Position numbers and translations under genes: made by a program
Notes under the pieces: generated by a model
Databases searched by the model: none
What the model was told of the DNA's origin: nothing
Seen by the model: the letters and a program-made list of their open reading frames with translations, nothing else
In this document: piece after piece, positions 37,095-46,239 of the stretch
Layout: the number at the start of each line of letters is the position of its first letter
Numbering within the stretch: position 1 is the stretch's first letter
Source: an uncultured Candidatus Peribacteria bacterium
GTDB lineage: Bacteria; Patescibacteriota; Gracilibacteria; UBA1369; LOWO2-01-FULL-3
Reading direction: 5' to 3'
Assembly: GCA_964499425.1 (NCBI GenBank)
Contig: CAZCLD010000004.1
Coordinates: 1-48,150 of the forward strand
DNA length: 48,150 nucleotides

Positions 37095-37670
37095 ATGGCT
37101 AAAAGACAACTTGAACCAATCCCTGGTCCCGAAGCAAGAGAGCTGGAAACTCACGAAGAGTTTCGCGAAGCCCGTACACTTTTACCACGACACCTTATCG
37201 TAAATACTCCCGATGGCTCTAAAAACCTAGAGATTTTTGAGGTTGAACCGTTTGCAGAAATTCTTACTCCAGATGATAAAAGAATTTTTGACGCTAAACC
37301 AAGGACACGAGGAGAAGTAATCGTTCTCTGGAGAAGAGGTAATCCAAAATTTAACATCGTCGTAGACCCAAATGAAGGAACCATCGTTTGTATCCGAACA
37401 TGCAAGCTAGACGACAAAGAAGTTAATGCAAGCCAATTATTGGCTTTACTGGGACTAACCAAGGCAAATCAGGGGGGATACACGGGCCTTCGAACCACTG
37501 TCGCTCAAAGAGTCGATGGTCAACAAACCTATACCAACGATCCTCAGGCAGAACTAAGAATCGCCCAGCTAGCAGAAACTGCTGGAACAGTATTAAACAT
37601 CAGAAAAAACATTTCCGCACGAACTGTCGCCAATAGCCTTGGAGTATTCGTAAATGCCGATCGAGTTTAG
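37095..37670 (+). CDS. Hypothetical protein (191 aa)
   Basis: Clean ORF with a plausible amino-acid composition. No motif recognised. Its stop lies 2 nt from the convergent helicase gene's stop. Confidence 0.55.
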   Translation: MAKRQLEPIPGPEARELETHEEFREARTLLPRHLIVNTPDGSKNLEIFEVEPFAEILTPDDKRIFDAKPRTRGEVIVLWRRGNPKFNIVVDPNEGTIVCIRTCKLDDKEVNASQLLALLGLTKANQGGYTGLRTTVAQRVDGQQTYTNDPQAELRIAQLAETAGTVLNIRKNISARTVANSLGVFVNADRV

Positions 37671-37672
37671 AT

Positions 37673-40600
37673 TCATTCGTCTACACCGTCATCGCCCGCA
37701 GGCTCATCGTCATCACTTGCGGATTCATCATCATCGCTTGCAGGTTCATCAAAAACGTAGAACAACTGCTTAGGCTCAACAGGGTCTGAAGCCAAGATAA
37801 ATCCAGGGCTATCACCACCGTAGTCTACCGGTGTAATTCCTCGACGCCCAAGTTCCGTACTTACGTCCGCAGGCAGCCCATGCAAAGAATCACCATTTTC
37901 TCGATAAACACCTTCAAGGTATTCTCTTGTAGCTAAGACTTCCCTCATAAATGCTTCTTGCTGTCTCTTTTTTTCATCAACTCCAGCTTCAAACTCAAAG
38001 CCAAGAGAATTAATTTGGAACTGAGTATGAATATATCCCTCATCTCGCCGACCATCATCTCCACATTGACCCTTTCTCTTGCCTCCTTTGCTTTTTTTCA
38101 TCCGTTTTGTTCGAGTCATCTTTAAGTCTTTCAAATCAAGTCCCTCAATATTTGGCTGCCGCTTTTTCTTAACCACAATTGTATAATTCTCAAAATTATT
38201 ATCGCTCGAATCAGTATCTGTCGAATTCGCTCTGCCCGTGAAATCCTTTAAAGCCTCAAAACCAAAATGTTTTTCGAGCTGATCTGTAAAACTCAAGGCT
38301 TCCTCAGAAGAGCACGCATTGCTAGGCAGTGTCATAACAGCAATTCCGTCCGTCTTGAGAACACGGTTTAATTCTAATAGAGTCCCTACTCTTTCATCCT
38401 TATGTAAATCCTTCGTCCTTTGTCCCAGCTTGGTGCAATATATGGACATCCCCAGGTTAATCGCAGTAAACATCCCATCGGGATAAGTAGCTTGCATGTC
38501 TGTAAACGACCCCTTCTTTACTCTAGGCTTATGGTCTGGATTCTTTTTCTTCATTATTTCTTTTCCTGCTTCCAACATATATCCATTCAAGTCCAAATTA
38601 AAAATTGTCCTCGCCCTGCCATCTCCTATATCAGCCAGCGTGTTTTCTAACGCTAGATGGCCACAACCAAGATCTCCATAGCTCCCCTGCTTGATGTGAC
38701 CAGCATCTTCAAGGTGCTTCCAAAGACCAGCCGTAAACCTGCCGTTATTTCCACCATAGCCTCTTTCCCAAACACGCACATAAAGCTCCGCAAATTCCTG
38801 CCCATGCTGCTCAAAAAATTGCGACAACTTTGCTTCTCCCAAGCCATCAATGTATGAGAAGATTCTATTAAGTTTCTGCGCGTCTGTCATGGTCTTGTTG
38901 CGAACAATAGTGCCTAGGTAAACTCTTCCTCTGTTGACAACAATTTCCTTAGAAAAGTCTCCGCGCTTAGCTAAGGCAACATCATCATCGGTAAGCGCGC
39001 CTCCATATTTTAGAAGCTGCGTTTCTGCATATTTCTCTTCAGAGTGCCTCCAAATCCCCTCATGCACAGTTCTCAAAACTGTCATTAACGTCACCTTTGC
39101 CTCCTTGTTCCCCTCTCTTGCAAAACGCTTTACCAATTGGGCAAAATCGGGTTTGTTCCAGCTCGGATTTAAACAAATGGCACTGGATATATGAGAAAGA
39201 TCAATTCCAACCCTAATTATGTCTCCCATAGCTACGATTACTGTTTTCGAACCTCTTCTTTTGGAGGCTTCAAATGCAGCTTTTCGCTCCGGTTTTTTTG
39301 TGTTTCCATCTATCAAAAACACATCAACGTCTTCACCCAAGTGTTCTTTTAGCTTCTTAACCAAGCTTATTCCTGGCAAAGAAACATGCTCCCGAAGAAG
39401 CCCATGTTTAAGCTCGTTTTCAGCAATAACTACAACGTCTTCTTCTGCTAAAACCTTGTCTACTTTCGTACAAAGACTCTCTATAAACGAGGACTTTACA
39501 CCAGGGGTCGCAACAAAAAGACCTGGGTTTATAGCGCACAAGTATAGCAACTGCAGCTTTCTTCCGTGCTCCAGATCTTCATCCTGCAAAATAGCGTCAT
39601 AAACAGCTCTTTCCTCTGGCCCTAATTCAACATCAAGTGCTTCAACGTGTTTTTCCCAATCTTCAGGTTCGTCCAAAAGCACAATCATGTCGCTAACTGC
39701 ATTTCTAAGAGCAAGTGTTCCCTTTTTCCTGATCGCCGCTTTAACGGAGCTGGTCTCTCCATAGGTCTCATTGTCCCAAAGTCTTAGCTGTGCTACAAGG
39801 TCATCCGGTCTATTAGGGGTAGAATTTCCTGAAAGCATAGCCATATACCCTTCGTCATAGAGGCCGGGAATACCAGTGGCCATCTCCAGCAATCCTTTTG
39901 CATTTCGTCCATCAAGCTTTCGCGCATCTTGGATTTCGTCAACAGTCATAAAGTCAAACTCGCGCTTTTTGACTTCATCGATTATTCGCTGACCATCAAC
40001 ACTACTGCCAAACATGCTGTAAGGGAAAAAGACTATTTCACAATCAAGCGCTTTCTGAAGGGCCACGTTGTCCATCCCAGCTTCTATTACTCCAACCGTA
40101 GGCTCATGTCCCTTTTTATAGTATTTTTTAGGCCGCGCCTTTAGCTGGTCAACCAACTCCCCCGGTGGGCAAACAAACAACATCTTCTTAGCACCTACAT
40201 GCTCCTTGGCCAGAAAGGCCGCTCCTGTTTTACCTTTGTCCATAAAAAACTCCAGGAGCTTTCTGCGGTTACGCGGATTCTCTCGAGTCTCTTCATCCAT
40301 TCCAACCAAAGCCTCGGGAGCACCACTAATTTCCATCATCGCGATCCTCTGTCTAAGTGACGGGAAAAAGTGCGTCTCTCCAAATTTATCCCTCAGAGAA
40401 GTAACCATCCTTGGAGGATTCTTTATTTCAAGAACTTTTTCAAAATAAAGCATCACCTCGCCAAAAAACTGCTTATGTTCGTCTACATCCATGTCCAACT
40501 TAGCTTTCAGGATTCTACCAACAGTCGCCTTCACCCTCCTAAGCGCCGCCTTGTGGGCTACAACTGAGCCACTATCGTGCTCCGCTTTCACAAGCTCCCT

Positions 40601-41419
40601 ATAAACATGATTCCTGATTCTAATAAACATCCACCGCCTAATACTCGGCAATTTCAACATAGCCTCTGGAACGTTAGCAGCATCATTCAAGTTAGGCTTT
40701 GGGACTTTACATCTTCCCAAATACTCAGACATGATTCCCACTGCTCTAGAGAATTCCGTGCCTTTCACGGCACCTATTGATATTAGAAATTCCGCAACAA
40801 TTTCCGGCCCCATTTTAAGAGCCAGGTCCCTGTAAGGTTTAACCTTCTCTAGCAATGCTTTTTCCCGAGACATGATTTGCACAATCTCAAATCTGCCTTT
40901 TAAGTCAGCAGGCAGCATTTCCCTCAAAAGACTCCATTTTTCAACTCGTGTGTCACGATCGGTGATAAGTTCCCTAACACGATCGTACAACTCAGGTTCT
41001 TGCATCCTTATCCATTTCTGGTCAAATCCCTCCCCCTCAGGAACACCACGTCGCACCACCGGGATCAGCCTTGCGACCTGTTTGGCAAGCTCAGTTTCAT
41101 TACTCACTTGTCGAAGAGCCTCAGCATCTCCCCATAAACCACCCTTTTTATTTGAATAAAACGTTTCTATCAACAATATTAAGACCCTCTCCCTGGTTTC
41201 TGCTATTGCCTCGCCCATTTCTTTAGGAATACTCAATTCCTGATCAGCTGCTGTACACAAATCAAAGATCTCTGAAACATCATTGAAATTCACGCCTCTA
41301 AACCTCCTGTTAAACTGAAGCACGAGCCTTCCCACGTCAACTCGCAAATCTGGCCTAGCCACGCCGAATTCAGCAGCTTGTTGCGTTATAACTCTTTGTA
41401 CTTCTCGAGAATCTAACAT
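37673..41419 (-). CDS. SNF2-family helicase fused to a C-terminal class I SAM-dependent methyltransferase, with an acidic tail
   Basis: MDKGKTG (motif I, aa 393-399), DEIQ (motif II, aa 494-497), LSGNSTPNRPDDL (SNF2 motif III), CLNPSWNKPDFAQLVKRFAREG (SNF2 motifs V/VI), YGDLGCGHLALE plus LNRVLKTDGIAVMTLP (methyltransferase motif I and post-I regions, aa about 880-1085). No (D/N/S)PP(Y/F) motif. Confidence 0.8.
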   Translation of the reverse strand: MLDSREVQRVITQQAAEFGVARPDLRVDVGRLVLQFNRRFRGVNFNDVSEIFDLCTAADQELSIPKEMGEAIAETRERVLILLIETFYSNKKGGLWGDAEALRQVSNETELAKQVARLIPVVRRGVPEGEGFDQKWIRMQEPELYDRVRELITDRDTRVEKWSLLREMLPADLKGRFEIVQIMSREKALLEKVKPYRDLALKMGPEIVAEFLISIGAVKGTEFSRAVGIMSEYLGRCKVPKPNLNDAANVPEAMLKLPSIRRWMFIRIRNHVYRELVKAEHDSGSVVAHKAALRRVKATVGRILKAKLDMDVDEHKQFFGEVMLYFEKVLEIKNPPRMVTSLRDKFGETHFFPSLRQRIAMMEISGAPEALVGMDEETRENPRNRRKLLEFFMDKGKTGAAFLAKEHVGAKKMLFVCPPGELVDQLKARPKKYYKKGHEPTVGVIEAGMDNVALQKALDCEIVFFPYSMFGSSVDGQRIIDEVKKREFDFMTVDEIQDARKLDGRNAKGLLEMATGIPGLYDEGYMAMLSGNSTPNRPDDLVAQLRLWDNETYGETSSVKAAIRKKGTLALRNAVSDMIVLLDEPEDWEKHVEALDVELGPEERAVYDAILQDEDLEHGRKLQLLYLCAINPGLFVATPGVKSSFIESLCTKVDKVLAEEDVVVIAENELKHGLLREHVSLPGISLVKKLKEHLGEDVDVFLIDGNTKKPERKAAFEASKRRGSKTVIVAMGDIIRVGIDLSHISSAICLNPSWNKPDFAQLVKRFAREGNKEAKVTLMTVLRTVHEGIWRHSEEKYAETQLLKYGGALTDDDVALAKRGDFSKEIVVNRGRVYLGTIVRNKTMTDAQKLNRIFSYIDGLGEAKLSQFFEQHGQEFAELYVRVWERGYGGNNGRFTAGLWKHLEDAGHIKQGSYGDLGCGHLALENTLADIGDGRARTIFNLDLNGYMLEAGKEIMKKKNPDHKPRVKKGSFTDMQATYPDGMFTAINLGMSIYCTKLGQRTKDLHKDERVGTLLELNRVLKTDGIAVMTLPSNACSSEEALSFTDQLEKHFGFEALKDFTGRANSTDTDSSDNNFENYTIVVKKKRQPNIEGLDLKDLKMTRTKRMKKSKGGKRKGQCGDDGRRDEGYIHTQFQINSLGFEFEAGVDEKKRQQEAFMREVLATREYLEGVYRENGDSLHGLPADVSTELGRRGITPVDYGGDSPGFILASDPVEPKQLFYVFDEPASDDDESASDDDEPAGDDGVDE

Positions 41420-41420
41420 A

Positions 41421-44261
41421 TTAAGATTTTATTGAGTTATCATATAATTGGTCTAGCCCTTCTAATATTGTTTTTCTTCTGGCTCTAAGGTCTTCAGCTT
41501 TTCTAAGCAGATCTTCCAGACCACCAGCTTCTACCGCAGCCTCTTCTATTCTTCGTCTAATCTTAGGCAGTGCGTCTTCCGCTTCTTGCTTAGCCAAGCC
41601 CATCGCATCTTTCTCTGCGTCTAAAGACGCCTTTTCCCTTCGCAGTCTAGCAACCTCTTCTTGGTCAACAGCGATCTTCTCTCTACCAGCTTTATTGTAT
41701 TCCTTACCAATCGCCACGTTTACCGCGCCAATTTCAGCCTCCCTTTCACCAATCTCCTCCTCATAACCATCAATTTCTGATAATTTTGCCCTTAGCTCGG
41801 CCTCAATAGCCTCAAGTTGTTCACGCGCCTGTTCCTTTTCACCCAACTGCTGGCGTAAACGTCCGATCTGTCTAGTAAGGTCTTCCAGTCTAAAGCCAAT
41901 CTTCGAAACAGATGCCCACTTTCTTCTGTCCTTCAAAATAGGCACATCCATAAGTGCCCCAATATCATCATCATCCAAGTTAGATCTAACATACTTGTCG
42001 TCAAAAGTCGCGCGCCTACTACACATCTCCAGCTTCTCAACAACAGCAGTTGTAACATATACAGGCATATTTTTAACATTGTCAGGAGTCAACCGCGATT
42101 TTAAGTCGGCCAATATTCTTCTATAGGTTCTCGAAGCAGTTCCAGGCAGCGAGTCAACCCATCGCACAACTGCGTCAATACGCTCCTGCAATTCCAAAGT
42201 AACCTCCTCCTCTTGCTCATCTTCAGCTTCATCCATACCAATCATGATCTCCACAAATATTTCACGAACCAGCGCCTCAATGCGCCTATCCTTCCTTATT
42301 TCAACCCCTCCCCACAAATCTTCATTAATAGCTTTCGTCCACTCTTCAACAAAACCTCCCTCCACCACTTCCTCCATCAACTCTTCCAAAGCAATGCCCG
42401 GCCTAATTGGATGAATTTGACACTGAATCCTAAGCAACTCTCTTTCCATTGGCAAAAGCCTGCCCATATAACCATCTTCGGTAAGAGCAGTGTAGACTGT
42501 GCGAAAAAGCTCTTTAGCGATAAGCCTCTCCAAGTCACACTCCTGCGGTTCCGGGGGAGAACTATCATTGTGCTTCCCCAAATTTTCCAACAAAATAGTG
42601 GGGTCGGGCCGAAGCCCCGCTATTTCTGCTTGAACAGAGTGCTTGTCAAGCCCTGGCAAAGAAGCCGCCAATGGCTCGCTCAAAACTCCAGACAAGAACT
42701 CACTGACCCTAGTCTCTATTCTTGCAAAGTTGGGCCCAAAAGCTTCCCTCAAATCTTCAACAGTAGAGCTAGAAGAAAGGCCTCCACCAGCCTCAATAAC
42801 TGCCCTTATGTGATTCTTTACGTCTTCTAGAAATCTGCGAAGGTTTGTGAATTCTCTTGCCGTCACCGAAATCACCTCTCCCGCTGAAACCCCTTGTGTC
42901 TCTTCAAACCCTTGCCTAACAACTCCCACTGCTCGCGTCGCAACCCTGGCAACACAATCCTCAACCAAACATTTCAGAAGCCCCTCGTGAAAAGCCCTCA
43001 TTCTGAGAAGCTCCTCGTTCCTACGAACAATGTCCTCCAACTCCCATATTTTAAAAGCATCAAGCAAAGCCGTTATATCCCCCGTGTGCCTCAACGCAAG
43101 ATCTCCATGAAGCTCTCTATTGAGGATTCCCGCAATTTCTTTTCGCATCCGACCATTCAAAGTATGTTTTGGTCCCCTGATGGGGTCCCTCCTTTCAACC
43201 CACAATTCATACAAACGTTCTCTTTCCCTCTCATCTAAATCATCCAGCTTAAGACTACTCACCCAGTCTTCACTCATCATTTCTGCAAGCTCAATATCTT
43301 CAGAAACTCTCAAAGCCATCTCCGCCTTTTTCGGTAAAAACATTCGATCTATTTGCTCAAAACCATTAAACGTAGTTGCCGGTTCTGCAAGAAGAAACTC
43401 AACCTCATCCATAGAACGAAATGCCGCCACAAAGCCCTCGGCAGCCGCTATAGCCATTTTTCTTACTGGCTCACCCCCAAAGCTTACGTCCTCAACTTTA
43501 TAAACTTTGTTCTTCTTACAGCTTTTCACAACAGACTCAAAACGAGGCAACACGGCAGCCCGGAAAGCTGCAAAGTCTATCCTGGCTCCGGCTGGAACAT
43601 CCGCCTCAATTTTCGCTATACCGCCAGAAATTGCGTGACCAAACAGAAGAGCCAAATACCTAATCGGAGCGTAGTCTTCTAGGGAAATATTCTCGTCCCC
43701 TGGTAAGTGCTCCCCCAAACCCGTTAGATAAGAAAACATCGCCTCGTTAAAGACCACTATGCCTAAATTCTCTCGTACAGTTTGCCAAAAAGTTTTTGCC
43801 TCTTCAATCTGCAATCTTTCAAACTCAGAGTCAACACCCGGATCTTGTCGCAAGTCAGCGATACCCTTAATGGCAACAGCTGCTTCATCAGAAACTCTAA
43901 CAATTTCAGCATTAAGCGCGTCAGCTTCTGCGGTTACAACACCTGATAACCCAGTTAATCTTGAGCAAAGGTCTCTAGTAACACTTCGGACCCACTGACA
44001 CACCCCCTCTAATTCTTCCACATATCGAATTTCTTTATCATTGCCAGTCTTTCCAAGAACCCCAAGTATAGACTCCTTGGCTTCCTCAAGAAAGGTCGCA
44101 ACATTGTTAGCTTTTTTCGCACCATTATCTTCCGTACGCAGATAGTCCTGATACTTAAGAACAACACCTGATGCATACAATTCTCCCATGGCACTGTTTA
44201 GCCGCTCTTTTATGGTCGCTTTCGGGAGAGTCCGGAGCTTTTCGCTTCTGAGAGAAGTCAT
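41421..44261 (-). CDS. Large hypothetical protein (946 aa) with a C-terminal coiled-coil-like region
   Basis: Uninterrupted ORF. The last 170 aa or so are heptad-like and highly charged (EKEQAREQLEAIEAELRAKLSEIDGYEEEIGEREAEIG...). Its stop TAA lies 1 nt before the helicase ATG. Confidence 0.7.
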   Translation of the reverse strand: MTSLRSEKLRTLPKATIKERLNSAMGELYASGVVLKYQDYLRTEDNGAKKANNVATFLEEAKESILGVLGKTGNDKEIRYVEELEGVCQWVRSVTRDLCSRLTGLSGVVTAEADALNAEIVRVSDEAAVAIKGIADLRQDPGVDSEFERLQIEEAKTFWQTVRENLGIVVFNEAMFSYLTGLGEHLPGDENISLEDYAPIRYLALLFGHAISGGIAKIEADVPAGARIDFAAFRAAVLPRFESVVKSCKKNKVYKVEDVSFGGEPVRKMAIAAAEGFVAAFRSMDEVEFLLAEPATTFNGFEQIDRMFLPKKAEMALRVSEDIELAEMMSEDWVSSLKLDDLDERERERLYELWVERRDPIRGPKHTLNGRMRKEIAGILNRELHGDLALRHTGDITALLDAFKIWELEDIVRRNEELLRMRAFHEGLLKCLVEDCVARVATRAVGVVRQGFEETQGVSAGEVISVTAREFTNLRRFLEDVKNHIRAVIEAGGGLSSSSTVEDLREAFGPNFARIETRVSEFLSGVLSEPLAASLPGLDKHSVQAEIAGLRPDPTILLENLGKHNDSSPPEPQECDLERLIAKELFRTVYTALTEDGYMGRLLPMERELLRIQCQIHPIRPGIALEELMEEVVEGGFVEEWTKAINEDLWGGVEIRKDRRIEALVREIFVEIMIGMDEAEDEQEEEVTLELQERIDAVVRWVDSLPGTASRTYRRILADLKSRLTPDNVKNMPVYVTTAVVEKLEMCSRRATFDDKYVRSNLDDDDIGALMDVPILKDRRKWASVSKIGFRLEDLTRQIGRLRQQLGEKEQAREQLEAIEAELRAKLSEIDGYEEEIGEREAEIGAVNVAIGKEYNKAGREKIAVDQEEVARLRREKASLDAEKDAMGLAKQEAEDALPKIRRRIEEAAVEAGGLEDLLRKAEDLRARRKTILEGLDQLYDNSIKS

Positions 44262-44307
44262 AGGGAAAAATCACAAGAGCGCACCCTAACAACACCTCCC
44301 CCATCTG

Positions 44308-44904
44308 TCAAGCCCCCTTGGCAAGAAAACCCTTCAATTTAAACATGGCTTTTCCCCTATGGCTAAGCCGATTCTTTTCTTCGGACGTCAAGGCAGCGTA
44401 TACCCTGTCACACCCCTCAGGGACGAAACACGAGCTCAGAGGGATCCCTGGTAATATCGGGACCTCCAAGCCATGGCTTATCTTTCCCCGCACTTCCCCC
44501 TCAAAGTACTCTTCGTTTTCACCATCAAAGAAGCATGCGCAGCAGACAAATTTAGCCCCTCTTTCTGTTTCCCCCTCCATTCTCTCCAAAAAATAATCGA
44601 TCCACTCCTGATCACCGGCCTCTTCTCCAGCACCCCACCGCCTTGTCCTTACACCTAGTTCCCCCTCAAGTGCATCCACCAAAAGCCCACTGTCTTCTCC
44701 AACCGTCAGAAATCCCGTCTTTTCAGCAAAAAACCGCGCTTTCCCAGCAGCATTCTCCCTAAAAGTTTCTCCATCTTCACTAAATCCATCACAATCAACA
44801 ACTAGGTCCCCCAAAAAAAGAAGCTCATAAGGCACTCCGCCCAGAGCTTGCTCTATCTCGCGGAATTTTCCTGGATTTTTTGTCGCTATCAGAAGTTTTT
44901 TCAT
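44308..44904 (-). CDS. rdgB: Non-canonical purine NTP pyrophosphatase (dITP/XTP diphosphatase, RdgB/HAM1 family)
   Basis: LIATKNPGKFREI start motif, EDSGL-like GEDSGLLVDAL, C-terminal SHRGKA motif. Confidence 0.85.
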   Translation of the reverse strand: MKKLLIATKNPGKFREIEQALGGVPYELLFLGDLVVDCDGFSEDGETFRENAAGKARFFAEKTGFLTVGEDSGLLVDALEGELGVRTRRWGAGEEAGDQEWIDYFLERMEGETERGAKFVCCACFFDGENEEYFEGEVRGKISHGLEVPILPGIPLSSCFVPEGCDRVYAALTSEEKNRLSHRGKAMFKLKGFLAKGA

Positions 44905-46126
44905 ATTCCTTTATTCTCCACTGCCCCTCCTTCTTAACAAATTTATAGCGCAATTGAAAGTCTTCCGTAATTACTTCCACCTCAACCACTTCCTGGGCAA
45001 TTTGCACAACCTCCACTTCCTTGACATCCAACTCCGTACACAACCTATCTGTAACCTCCCTATCCAACTTGCGCCTTTCTCCATCAGAAAAGGTCCCCTT
45101 GTAAACAACTTCTTGCGGACATTCTGTTGGATACCCACGCAATAGCCTTGAATCAAAATCTACAAATTTCACAACAAACATTCCCACAACCGAAGCAAAA
45201 ATCAAGGCAGGAATAAGCATAAGCACGATTTTCCACCTATCTATGAAATCAAAAACACGCTCTTGCCTTTCAACTTTAAGCTGGCTTTTGAGTTGTTCTG
45301 CCTCCTCTTCTTCCTTCATTTCTTTGACGGCCTGCACAAAAATCTTGGCCGGATCATCAGAACCCGTTGGAGCCTTCTCCTCCTTCTTTTCGAAAGGCGG
45401 TGGCTCAGGAGCCTTGTCCTCCTCAAGTGGCTCTATATCAATGGCTAAATCCTTTCTATCAATCCTGTTTTCAATATCTGCTCTCAAATTGAGCTTAAAT
45501 GCTTCAGGAATTTCAATCTTCTCAGACTCTCTAATCCTGGCCAAAAAGCCACTTAGCTCTCCAAAATACACACCTTGCCGTTCATCACTTTCTCCAAACA
45601 GAAGTAAATGCGCACGCTTTAGAACTTTGTAAATCTTGGGGCCAATCAGCCCATCCTGTATCCCCAAGATCGTCATAACATCACCGTCAGCAACTTCTTC
45701 AAAGAATTTCAGCCTAAGAATCTCCCTTTCCTCTAAAGAAAGTTTTGAGAACATCTTTTCCGATCTCACCTGTAAACCCTCTTCCTCATTGCTCGAATCC
45801 TGCAAATCCTTTTGAACATCAGAAAAATTTGCCTTCCCCAGCTTTTCCCAAACTCGCGGCTTAGCAAGACTATAAAGCCAAACTCTATAACCAATGTCCG
45901 CAGGCGTACTCTGAATTTGTCCAAGAGCATCCAAAAAACTCAACCTGACGATTTCTTCTGTTTTCTGCCCTGTTCCGAGTCTCCTTGCAATATAACGATA
46001 AAGATCAGGGAAATAGGCGTCAAAAAGCAAAGAAAACTGCTTTAACTGACCTGCTTTCATTTGATCAACACACTTTCTTTCAACATAAAGGTCCATAATC
46101 TTCTTTAAAGGGAAAAGATATGCCAC
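44825..46126 (-). CDS. ECF-type sigma-factor-like protein with a C-terminal transmembrane helix and an extracytoplasmic domain
   Basis: Region-2-like FDAYFPDLYRYIARRL and region-4-like REILRLKFFEEVADGDVMTILG, then an acidic linker, TM helix IVLMLIPALIFASVVGMFVVKFV and a C-terminal domain of about 110 aa. The 3' end overlaps rdgB by 80 nt. Confidence 0.65.
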   Translation of the reverse strand: MAYLFPLKKIMDLYVERKCVDQMKAGQLKQFSLLFDAYFPDLYRYIARRLGTGQKTEEIVRLSFLDALGQIQSTPADIGYRVWLYSLAKPRVWEKLGKANFSDVQKDLQDSSNEEEGLQVRSEKMFSKLSLEEREILRLKFFEEVADGDVMTILGIQDGLIGPKIYKVLKRAHLLLFGESDERQGVYFGELSGFLARIRESEKIEIPEAFKLNLRADIENRIDRKDLAIDIEPLEEDKAPEPPPFEKKEEKAPTGSDDPAKIFVQAVKEMKEEEEAEQLKSQLKVERQERVFDFIDRWKIVLMLIPALIFASVVGMFVVKFVDFDSRLLRGYPTECPQEVVYKGTFSDGERRKLDREVTDRLCTELDVKEVEVVQIAQEVVEVEVITEDFQLRYKFVKKEGQWRIKEYEKTSDSDKKSRKIPRDRASSGRSAL

Positions 46127-46188
46127 AGAGAGCGCAGCGAGTCAATAGTATGTAACAATTAATAGAATTAGTCGTATCTACAATGGTC

Positions 46189-46216
46189 TTGACACGTGTG
46201 GCAAAGCGCGTATAAT
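46189..46216 (+). promoter_or_regulatory. Near-consensus sigma-70 promoter
   Basis: TTGACA (46189-46194), 16-nt spacer, TATAAT (46211-46216), 23 nt upstream of the ATG at 46240. Confidence 0.6.
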
Positions 46217-46239
46217 AACCAACCAAATAAGCGCCCCTT

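Noticed and set aside
38165-38782. The methyltransferase domain of the SNF2 fusion as a restriction-modification or BREX/DISARM-type DNA methylase.
   Set aside because: There is no (D/N/S)PP(Y/F) catalytic motif and no adjacent nuclease, PglZ, DUF1998 or PLD partner gene. The SAM-binding fold alone does not identify the substrate.
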